Below the pieces are notes generated by a model. It saw only the letters and a list, made by a program, of their open reading frames with translations. It was not told the origin of the DNA and ran no database searches. Of a DNA stretch of 64,000 bases, positions 18,529-26,488 are shown piece by piece (positions within the stretch are counted from its first letter, which is position 1; the number at the start of each line of letters is the position of its first letter). This DNA is from Terriglobia bacterium. GTDB lineage: Bacteria; Acidobacteriota; Terriglobia; Terriglobales; Acidobacteriaceae. The stretch lies in contig CAWCOC010000018.1 in assembly GCA_963797035.1 (NCBI GenBank), positions 65,589-129,588 of the forward strand, read 5' to 3'. The translations under genes were made by a program, and so were the position numbers.

Positions 18529-18547
18529 GAAAATGATTTTCAATTTC
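18529..18547 (+). promoter_or_regulatory. candidate Fur box upstream of feoAB
   Basis: GAAAATGATTTTCAATTTC matches the 19-bp consensus GATAATGATAATCATTATC at 14/19 positions. It lies 13 nt downstream of a TATGAT -10-like hexamer (18510-18515) and 13 nt upstream of the feoA ATG. Confidence 0.5.
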
Positions 18548-18559
18548 AAACGAGGCGGC

Positions 18560-18820
18560 ATGCCAGCCAAGTCATCGATAGCCGCACTGCCCGATCTGCC
18601 GGAGGGGTGCACCGCCGTGATCGCCACGGTTGACGAGGGACTCACGGAGTTGATCGAGATAGGGTTCGTTCCGGGAGCGCAGGTGAGGCCAACCTACAGT
18701 GGCGTGGGCCAAGATCCGAGGGTCTATGAGTTGGATGGAACGCTGGTGGCGTTGCGGCGCGCTGCCGCGCGGCACGTTGGCGTCACCCTGCTGCATCCAG
18801 GCCCGAAGGAGGGTGATTGA
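18560..18820 (+). CDS. feoA: ferrous iron transport protein A
   Basis: The small SH3-like FeoA pattern (LPEGCTAVIATVDEG...ELIEIGFVPGAQV...LDGTLVALRRAAARHV) sits directly upstream of and overlapping feoB. ATG 18560 follows GAGG. The track start 18533 lies inside the Fur-box-like site. Confidence 0.85.
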   Translation: MPAKSSIAALPDLPEGCTAVIATVDEGLTELIEIGFVPGAQVRPTYSGVGQDPRVYELDGTLVALRRAAARHVGVTLLHPGPKEGD

Positions 18821-20712
18821 GCGCCTCGGCTGAGTCCGTCGCCTGTTCCATCAGTGTCGGCGGACAGGTTTCTTCCCGGCCGTTGCGCACCTTGGCGCTG
18901 GTGGGCCCGCCGAACTGTGGCAAGACGACGCTGTTCAACCGCCTGACCGGGCTAAGGCAGAGGGCGGGAAATTTTCCTGGCGTCACGGTGGAACAGCACC
19001 TCGGGTATGTCGAGGTGGAAGCGGGTGAGGACATTGCCCTCATCGATTTGCCAGGTGTCTACAGCCTGACACCCCGATCCGAGGATGCGCGCGTCACCGT
19101 GGACACACTGCACGGGCGAATGCCCGGCACGCCGCGGCCGGACGGAGTGATGCTGGTCCTGGATGCCACCAACCTGGGCCGGCATTTGGCGCTGGCCGCT
19201 CAAGTGGTTGCCCTTGGCCTGCCCACCTTGGTCATTCTCAACATGGCCGATTCCCTGCGCTCGCGCGGGGGAAAAGTGGACCCGCTGGCGCTGGCGCGAG
19301 AGCTGGGCACGCCCGTGGTCCTGGCGAGTGCGTCCGAGGGTCAGGGGCTGACGCGGATTTCCCAGTTCCTGGCGTCATCACCGGCCGCTCCCGCCCCGGT
19401 GGCTTTGCCAGTGTTGCAGAATGTGCCCGCGTGCCAGGCCTGGGCAAGGCGTGTGAGCGAGTCGGCGGGTTATCGCCGCCCTTTGCCGGCCACCTGGACG
19501 CGGCGCATCGACTCCATTTGCCTGCACCGCATCGCGGGACCGGTTCTGTTCCTGCTGATCGTGATGGCCGTGTTCCAGTCCATTTTCCTGGTCGGCCAGC
19601 CGCTGTCAGATTTGCTGCAGCACGCGCTGCAGAGCGCAGGCACAATGATCGCCAGCCAGCTTCCGAGCGGGGTGGTGAAGTCGATCGTTATCGACGGCGG
19701 ATGGACGGGAACGGCCGCGGTGCTGGTATTCCTGCCGCAGATCATGTTCCTGTTCCTGGTGATCGGCATCCTGGAAGATTCGGGGTACTTGGCACGCGCT
19801 GCAGTGATTGCGGACCGAACCATGGCCAAGATCGGGCTGAACGGCAAAGCCTTCATCCCTCTGCTCTCGGCCTACGCCTGTGCCGTGCCGGCTGTGATGG
19901 CAACGCGAACCATTGAGAGCAAGCGCGACCGGCTGGCGACCATCTTCATCGCTCCCTTCATGACCTGCTCGGCGAGACTGCCGGTGTACACCATGATGAT
20001 CGCGGCGTTTGTGCCGAACCGGCGCATCGCCGGCGCCATGTTGGGCTGGCGAGCGGCCGCGATGCTCGGACTCTATGTGCTCGGGTTCTTCGTGGCGGTG
20101 ATCACGGCACGCCTACTGAAATCATCCATCCTGAGAAGTTCCGACACGCATTTCATCCTGGAGCTGCCACCCTACCGCTGGCCGACCCCCTGGTCGCTTG
20201 CGCTACGAGTGCTGGATCGCGCCAAAGTGTTCGTAGTCCGTGCGGGGACCGTCATCCTTCTGGTCTCGTTGGTGCTGGCCATAGCGACGCATGTTCCGAT
20301 CCGCCACGGTGGCGCCTCAGGAATCCAGAACAGCGCTATCGGACAGCTAGGGCATGCCATCGAACCGCTGGTTTCACCGCTGGGGCTCGACTGGAGAATT
20401 GGCATCGGCTTAGTGACCTCGGTTGCCGCCCGTGAGACCATCCTGGGCACGCTCGCCACACTTTACGGCGTGGACCCAGCTTCGCACGGACTGGAATTGC
20501 AGGCAGCGTTGCACCACGAACTCTCGCCTGCCAGCGCAGTGGCACTGCTGATCTTCTTTGCGCTTGCCATGCAGTGCGTTTCGACCATCGCGGTGGTGCG
20601 CCGCGAGACCAATAGCTGGAAGTGGCCGGCGCTGCAATTTGTCTACATGGGAGCGGTGGCCTACGCCGCTGCATATCTTGGCCACGCTGTTGTTCTCCAC
20701 TTGTGGGGATAG
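18817..20712 (+). CDS. feoB: ferrous iron transporter B
   Basis: The N-terminal G domain shows LALVGPPNCGKTTLFNRLTG, NFPGVTVE and DLPGVYSL, followed by a polytopic permease domain. The TTG start overlaps the feoA stop. Confidence 0.93.
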   Translation: MSASAESVACSISVGGQVSSRPLRTLALVGPPNCGKTTLFNRLTGLRQRAGNFPGVTVEQHLGYVEVEAGEDIALIDLPGVYSLTPRSEDARVTVDTLHGRMPGTPRPDGVMLVLDATNLGRHLALAAQVVALGLPTLVILNMADSLRSRGGKVDPLALARELGTPVVLASASEGQGLTRISQFLASSPAAPAPVALPVLQNVPACQAWARRVSESAGYRRPLPATWTRRIDSICLHRIAGPVLFLLIVMAVFQSIFLVGQPLSDLLQHALQSAGTMIASQLPSGVVKSIVIDGGWTGTAAVLVFLPQIMFLFLVIGILEDSGYLARAAVIADRTMAKIGLNGKAFIPLLSAYACAVPAVMATRTIESKRDRLATIFIAPFMTCSARLPVYTMMIAAFVPNRRIAGAMLGWRAAAMLGLYVLGFFVAVITARLLKSSILRSSDTHFILELPPYRWPTPWSLALRVLDRAKVFVVRAGTVILLVSLVLAIATHVPIRHGGASGIQNSAIGQLGHAIEPLVSPLGLDWRIGIGLVTSVAARETILGTLATLYGVDPASHGLELQAALHHELSPASAVALLIFFALAMQCVSTIAVVRRETNSWKWPALQFVYMGAVAYAAAYLGHAVVLHLWG

Positions 20713-20996
20713 ATCCCGACTGATTGCCTTCGGCGATATGGCTCTGACCCGCTCGCATCACCTTGCTGCGCGGTGATTTGGTTGACAGCCCTGCCCGTTT
20801 TTGGGAGTATTTAACAGCTCCTGAGTAGCCGTGGGGGGAGTTCTGTTCTGTTTCCGATCGCTCGTAACATCATTCAATTTATTTACTAGATAGTAACTTC
20901 TTCCCGGTCTGCACGGTCCGTAGCGGGTCGCATTGGCGGAATGTTTTTCCGCAGCGCTGCCCGGAATGTGGAATTCAGGGCTGGTAGGAGTGTTGG

Positions 20997-23900
20997 TTGA
21001 GGAATCTGGGCAAATACGAGCTGTTGGGGGAGCTAGGCCGAGGTGCGTTCGGCATCGTATACCGGGCCCGGGACCCCATTATCAGCCGGATGGTGGCGCT
21101 GAAGACGATGAACACCAGCGTCTCCGACAACCCTGCCCTGCTGCAGCGCTTCTATCGCGAAGCCCAGTCCGCCGGTTCCCTGCAACATCCCAACATTGTC
21201 ACTATCTTCGACATGGGTGATGAGGGAGGTACTCCGTACATCGCCATGGAACTGGTGGACGGCCAGAACCTGGACGAGGTGATCGGCAGCCGCAATCCGC
21301 TTCCTATGTCCTTGAGGGTGGGGTACGCGCTGCAAGCCTGCCGGGCCTTCGACTACGCCCACAAGCGCGGGATCATTCACCGCGACATCAAGCCGGGCAA
21401 CGTGATGGTCAACAAGGACGGCGTGGTCAAGGTGGTGGACTTCGGGATTGCGCGCGTCCTGGAGAGCTCGAAGACGCAGACCGGGATGCTGATCGGGACG
21501 TTTTCCTACATGGCCCCCGAACTGTTTCACGGCGAGCACGCCAACGAGCGCTCGGATATCTGGTCCTTTGGCGTGCTGCTGTACGAACTGATCGCGTCGC
21601 GCCGGCCCTTTTGCGAAGAGACTCCCGCCGCCCTGATGCGCAGCATCTGCCAGCACGAACATCCCGCGCTGCGGGAAGCAGCGCCGGAGTGCCCGCCTGA
21701 CCTGGAAGCGCTGGTGCACAAGACGCTGCAAAAGTCAGACACGGACCGCTTCCAGACGATGGAAGACGTGCTGCAGGAGTTGGACCCCATCTGCAGGCGG
21801 CTGCAGGTGGAGACGATGGCCGAGCTGCTGGCGCAAGGACAGCAACTGGCGAACCAGGGAGAGTTTGCCCCGGCGCGCGAGGTGCTGCGGCAAGCCCTGC
21901 AGGTGGAACCGACGAACCTGCAGGCCCGGCTGCTGTGCGAGAAAGTCAACGTGGAGATCAGGCGCCAGTCAGTCCGTCCCCAGGTACAGGAACTGGTGGA
22001 GAAAGCGCGGGCCCACCTGGCGGAGGGGAGGCTGCAGCAAGCCAACGTGGAAGCGGGGAATGCGCTGGACCTGGATTCTTCCTTCAGCGCCGCGCTGGAA
22101 GTGCAGCGTGAAGTGCAGCGCGAAGTGCAACGCGCGCGCATGACCAGCGAATGGCTGGACCTGCTGAAGCAGTACCTGGTCGAGGGACTGCCCGACGAAG
22201 CCGAGGCGCTGCTGGTGAAGGTGGAAGAGGCCGACCCCGCGAACCGGGAATTGCCCGGTTTGAGGCAGCAGATCCTGGAAGAGAAGGAGCGCCGGCAAAA
22301 GCAAGCGCGACTGTTCGAAGGCATGCAGCGGGCGCGTAATTACTGGTCGCGGCAGAATTACCAGGAGTGCATCGCGGTACTGACCGAGTTGCAAAAGGAA
22401 TTCGGCAGCGAAGAAGAGATTGAACGGCTGCTGGAGACAGCGCGCGAAGAGCAAACCGAGCAGAACAAGCACGACCGGGTGACGCAGGCCCGCAACCTGC
22501 TGGCGGTGGAGCAGTACCAGGAATGCGTCGAGGTGTTAACCAAGCTGCAAGCCGACTTTCCCCGCGACGGTGACATCCAGAACCTGCTGGACGTGGCGCG
22601 CGCCGAGCAGGCGCAACAACAGAAGGAAAGCCGGTTAGCGGAGGCGCGGAGGTTGCTGGCCGCACAGCAGTACGATGGCTGTATTGCGCTGTTGCAGTCG
22701 CTGGGCGAGCAGTTCGACGACGACGAAGAAGTCAATCGACTGCTGGCGGCGGCGCGCGAGGGGCAGAGCGAGCACGGCAAGAAAGACAAAGTCGCTACGG
22801 CCCGGAGAATGCTGGCCGCACAACGCTATGCCGACGCCCTGGCGGTGCTGGACACGGTGCTGGCGTTGGATCCCAAGGACTCGTCGGTGCTGAGATTCCG
22901 CAGCCTGGTGGAACGAGAGCAGAAGAAGAAGGCCTCGTCCGAGGTCCTTCAGCGGGAATGGGAAGCGCTGAAAAAGCTGGTCGGCAAGAAGGCCTATCCC
23001 GACGTGGTGACCCGGGCGGAAGAACTGCTGCGGCAATTTCCGGGGGATGCCGCGCTGGTCCGGGTGGTGGAGTTCGCTCGCAAGCAGCAGGCGCAGATTG
23101 AACATGAGGCGCGCTTTCGAGAGTTCCTGGATGAAATCCAGGCGAACCTGAGCACCAACCGCTTCCCTGAAGCTGCCGCGGCGGCGCGCGCCGGTTTGGA
23201 AGCTTTTCCCAACCATTCGCAGTTCCTGGCGCTGCTGGAGCAGGCCCAGGCCCGCGAAAAGAAAGAGGTGGTGCGCAAGCTGATCGAGCAGCGGGTGAAG
23301 GAGATCAAGGTCAAGATCAACCGCGGAGAGCTGAGCCAAGCCAAGGAGATGGCGCAGGAGGCTTTGACCACGCTGGGTCCGGATACGGACGTCAACCAGT
23401 TGCTGGCGTCAGCCGAGGTGGAGTATGAGGCGCGGGAAAAGAAAAAGCGTCAGCAGCAGCAGCTGGAAACCATCCGCACCCTGCTGCAAAGCGGAAAAAT
23501 CGACGAAGCTGCCACCACGCTGGACGACGCAGTGAAGAAAGGCGACTTCCACACGCTGGATCCGCGGCTTTACGAAGTGGCCGATGCGGTGGAAGCAGCC
23601 CGAAAGGCCACGTCCGTGGCTGGACCCGCGATGCTGGCGCCTGCGGAGGCGGAGCCGGCAGTGCGAGAGTACGCCCTCCTGGAACGTCCGCCGGCGCCTG
23701 CCGCGGAAACCATGGCGACGGCGAGCCCTCCTCCGGCGATGGAAGCAACGTTGGGCACCATGGCCATGGGGCCGGCGTCGGGCGGTGTGGCGGGGCAAGA
23801 TCAGGCTTTGCGGCTGGTGGAAAAGCAACTGGCCACCTACCTGGGACCGGTGGCAAGGGTCGTGGTCAGGAAGGCGGCGCCTAAGGCAAAAGATAGCCGG

Positions 23901-24263
23901 GAGTTGTACGCGCTGCTGGCCGAACACCTGGAGCGGGAAGAGGATCGAAGGGCGTTCCTGGCGGGAAGAACGGAATCGGCTTGGATCCAGGACAGCGGCC
24001 AATCGCCGGCGGAAGCCACGATCGTGGCCGGGCCGGCGACCCCTGCCAAGCCAGAAGCCGCAGTGATGGAAATCAAGTCCGAGGAAATTGACCGAGCCGC
24101 CGCCAGGCTGGCGCGCTATGTTGGCCCGATAGCCGGCGTGTTGGCGAAACGGACAGCGCGCCGCGCCGCCGATGTGCGGGCACTCTACCTGCTGCTGGCC
24201 GACCACGTGGAGAGCAAAGCCGACCGCTCACGCTTCCTGCGCGAAGCCGGCTATCCCGAGTAG
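20997..24263 (+). CDS. Ser/Thr protein kinase with about 800-aa helical-repeat tail
   Basis: The Hanks kinase motifs GELGRGAFGIVYRA, VALKTM, HRDIKPGNVMV, DFGIARV and SYMAPE are all present. At least 6 repeats of about 52 residues (QYQECVEVLTKLQADFPRDGDIQNLLDVARAEQ...) and two C-terminal modules of about 50 aa follow. The TTG start follows AGGAG. Confidence 0.9.
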   Translation: MRNLGKYELLGELGRGAFGIVYRARDPIISRMVALKTMNTSVSDNPALLQRFYREAQSAGSLQHPNIVTIFDMGDEGGTPYIAMELVDGQNLDEVIGSRNPLPMSLRVGYALQACRAFDYAHKRGIIHRDIKPGNVMVNKDGVVKVVDFGIARVLESSKTQTGMLIGTFSYMAPELFHGEHANERSDIWSFGVLLYELIASRRPFCEETPAALMRSICQHEHPALREAAPECPPDLEALVHKTLQKSDTDRFQTMEDVLQELDPICRRLQVETMAELLAQGQQLANQGEFAPAREVLRQALQVEPTNLQARLLCEKVNVEIRRQSVRPQVQELVEKARAHLAEGRLQQANVEAGNALDLDSSFSAALEVQREVQREVQRARMTSEWLDLLKQYLVEGLPDEAEALLVKVEEADPANRELPGLRQQILEEKERRQKQARLFEGMQRARNYWSRQNYQECIAVLTELQKEFGSEEEIERLLETAREEQTEQNKHDRVTQARNLLAVEQYQECVEVLTKLQADFPRDGDIQNLLDVARAEQAQQQKESRLAEARRLLAAQQYDGCIALLQSLGEQFDDDEEVNRLLAAAREGQSEHGKKDKVATARRMLAAQRYADALAVLDTVLALDPKDSSVLRFRSLVEREQKKKASSEVLQREWEALKKLVGKKAYPDVVTRAEELLRQFPGDAALVRVVEFARKQQAQIEHEARFREFLDEIQANLSTNRFPEAAAAARAGLEAFPNHSQFLALLEQAQAREKKEVVRKLIEQRVKEIKVKINRGELSQAKEMAQEALTTLGPDTDVNQLLASAEVEYEAREKKKRQQQQLETIRTLLQSGKIDEAATTLDDAVKKGDFHTLDPRLYEVADAVEAARKATSVAGPAMLAPAEAEPAVREYALLERPPAPAAETMATASPPPAMEATLGTMAMGPASGGVAGQDQALRLVEKQLATYLGPVARVVVRKAAPKAKDSRELYALLAEHLEREEDRRAFLAGRTESAWIQDSGQSPAEATIVAGPATPAKPEAAVMEIKSEEIDRAAARLARYVGPIAGVLAKRTARRAADVRALYLLLADHVESKADRSRFLREAGYPE

Positions 24264-24316
24264 GCACCTCATTTCGGGCCTCAGGGGCTGAAGCCCGGAG
24301 CTGTTTGCAACCGCTT

Positions 24317-24451
24317 GCGGCGCGGCTGAAGTCGTGCCCTGACACACCGCAAGACTTTTCCGCAGCAGGCTAAAACCGCACCAGTTACGGCCCAGAGCGG
24401 CGCGGCTGAAGTCGTGCCCTGACACCTAGCAAGACTTTTTCCGCAGCCTGC
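24317..24451. repeat. two direct copies (80-bp period) of an extragenic element of about 55 bp
   Basis: gcggcgcggctgaagtcgtgccctgacac is identical at 24317-24345 and 24397-24425. The tails are similar: (ac)cgcaagacttttccgcagc versus ctagcaagactttttccgcagc. This produces the two spurious ORFs that both start MSGHDFSRAA. Confidence 0.85.
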
Positions 24452-25326
24452 TACGGCGTTTCCAACATCTTCAGCGCCTCGGCCATGCTCTTGCGCATGC
24501 GGCCGAAAGACTGCGACAAGGCTGCGATTTCGTCGTTGCCCGACAGCTGAAACCTGGGGGCATTCATGTTGCCCAGGCTGACCTCGTCGGCAATGCGGGA
24601 CAGATGTTGCACCGGCCGCGTCACCAGCAGGATGAGCATGGCATTGAGCGCCAGGAAAATCAGCACGAAGACGCCGGCGAGCGAGAACATGAACCCGTTG
24701 AAGGCAGCCTTGGCGCGCTTGACCGGCAGTGCCATGGGGGCGGAGACGATCTGCGCAGTGATGACGTCATTCAACTTCCAGCCAAAGCCGTTGGCGCTGC
24801 CATAGCGTTCGATCAGGGTGCGCGGGGCGAGCTCCGGCGTGTCATGACAGGAAAGGCATTTCGGGTTGGTAACGCGCAAAGGACGCGCAATGTACAGCAC
24901 CCTGCCGTTGGGCGTATCGCGCTCGCCGATCTCCTCGGTCTGGCCCGGCGTCTGGCGAAAGTAGCGGATGATATCCGCTTCCCAGTCGGTGGCGCGGTTC
25001 ACGGGGTTGGTCGGGTTCAGGGTCGCTTCTTTGTAGGAGTAATCGGGAAACGTTTTGCGCAGCTGGTTGAAATACTCGTTGGCGGAGTATGCCGGGACCG
25101 ACTGCGGCAGGAACGTATACTTGATCTGAGTAGAGAGCAGCGGATTGATCTGATTGGCGGTGTAAGCGCGAACGGCCAGAGCGGCCTCCATCATGATGCG
25201 CGCGTTTTCCAGGATTTCCTGCTTGGCGTTGCGCTGCAAAAGCCGGTTGCTGAAGTAGCCGACCACGACGAAACCGACGGCGAACACGAGCAGCAAAACA
25301 AGGTTGAACTTCACAATCAATTTCAT
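24451..25326 (-). CDS. membrane-anchored DUF3365 (Tll0287-like, c-type heme CxxCH) sensor ending in a HAMP domain, with no output domain
   Basis: N-terminal TM helix, then a periplasmic domain with NPKCLSCHD (CxxCH), then a second TM (FMFSLAGVFVLIFLALNAMLILLV), then HAMP (TRPVQHLSRIADEVSLGNMNAPRFQLSGNDEIAALSQSFGRMRKSM). The protein stops 10 residues later. Confidence 0.85.
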   Translation of the reverse strand: MKLIVKFNLVLLLVFAVGFVVVGYFSNRLLQRNAKQEILENARIMMEAALAVRAYTANQINPLLSTQIKYTFLPQSVPAYSANEYFNQLRKTFPDYSYKEATLNPTNPVNRATDWEADIIRYFRQTPGQTEEIGERDTPNGRVLYIARPLRVTNPKCLSCHDTPELAPRTLIERYGSANGFGWKLNDVITAQIVSAPMALPVKRAKAAFNGFMFSLAGVFVLIFLALNAMLILLVTRPVQHLSRIADEVSLGNMNAPRFQLSGNDEIAALSQSFGRMRKSMAEALKMLETP

Positions 25327-25328
25327 AG

Positions 25329-26225
25329 TTACTCCCTATCCTGTCGCGAATCGGAGTTGGAGGGCGTTTTGGGCTCGTACTTCTCGGGATGCAGAATACG
25401 GTCCCATTCGGGATGCTCGCTCATATGAGCGTCCATCGCCCTGCGGAATTCGGGGTCGCTGAGCCGCGACTCAAAGCGTGCGATAAATCCTCGCCGCCAG
25501 GCAGGCTCCATGGAGAGCCAGGATTGAATCTCGGGATAAGTGACTTCATGCTGTCGCCGAGGCTCCGCCGGGCGCTTGCCGGCAAACCGGGCCAACCGTG
25601 AAGGCAAGGTATCGCGAAAATAGCGTGGCATGCCGTTGATAAAACCAGAATTGGGGCGGGAGGCAACGACGATGCCTTTGCCGGCCTGACGGGTGAAGAA
25701 TTGTCCCCCCCGGGCGGAAGTCGATTCGCCGAGGCGGCCGCCCGGCCGGACCGCACCGATGGCTGCCGATCCGGACTCGACAAAGATTTCGGTCGGCGCA
25801 GCGGAGTGGAGGACGACCGATCCCGCATGCGAGGTGGCCGCCAGCAGGGGAGTGAAATAGCGGTAGGTGCCGGCATCGGCGCCGACCTCGCCTTTCATCC
25901 AGCCGCTGAGCAAGACCAGAACCACCGCGGGCACGCCGGACTTACCGCCGGCGCGACCCGGCCGGACGCTCCATAAGTAGAGGCGGCTGGAGGGCCCCAG
26001 CGCCACCACGGCGCCACCGGGAAACTCCAACTGTACGAAGCCAGGATCGGCGCTCTCCAGGATGTCTCCCTGGCGAAGGTGCATGCTTTCGGCTCCTTGC
26101 ATGACCATGGCGCCGCGGATAACGCGCAGCGCGCCCTCGACCATGGTCACCGTCCCCGTCTCCTGGGACTGGACGGAGAGCGGAACGAGCAAGACCAGCA
26201 ACAGCACTCGGAGAACAGGCTTCAT
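25329..26225 (-). CDS. FecR-domain secreted protein
   Basis: ATG 26225 gives the signal peptide MKPVLRVLLLVLLVPLSVQSQ. The FecR-like pattern is VTMVEGALRVIRG...LRQGDILESADPGFVQLEFPGGAVVALGPSSRL. The stop lies 3 nt before the start of the DUF3365-HAMP gene. Confidence 0.8.
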   Translation of the reverse strand: MKPVLRVLLLVLLVPLSVQSQETGTVTMVEGALRVIRGAMVMQGAESMHLRQGDILESADPGFVQLEFPGGAVVALGPSSRLYLWSVRPGRAGGKSGVPAVVLVLLSGWMKGEVGADAGTYRYFTPLLAATSHAGSVVLHSAAPTEIFVESGSAAIGAVRPGGRLGESTSARGGQFFTRQAGKGIVVASRPNSGFINGMPRYFRDTLPSRLARFAGKRPAEPRRQHEVTYPEIQSWLSMEPAWRRGFIARFESRLSDPEFRRAMDAHMSEHPEWDRILHPEKYEPKTPSNSDSRQDRE

Positions 26226-26488
26226 CTTGCACCCCAATGGAGATCGCTCCAACCAACGCTGCCTAACATCGAAAGTGAGAATTGATTGCAGGGAGCGGGC
26301 TGAGTAGGGCTGGCGGCGAATTTTTCATGCCGGTATCGCTCATGTCAAGCGCAAATTTGGACAAGGGCGTCAACAACTTGGAGGCACGCGGTTTTCGTTT
26401 CGCGCACCACGTTCCCGCCGTTAAACTGCCACAGTTGCGTACCAACCAGGTGTAGGGTACATGCTGGCAGTGGACCGGCGATAAAACC

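Noticed and set aside
24073-24425. Two small ORFs that both start MSGHDFSRAA
   Set aside because: Their shared N-terminus is simply the translation of the duplicated 55-bp extragenic element. There is no RBS, and they overlap the kinase 3' end.
26382-26397. Sigma-54-like AGGCACG-N4-TTTC upstream of the cyclase gene
   Set aside because: The invariant -12 GC is TC and the -24 T is A, so the match is too weak to call.
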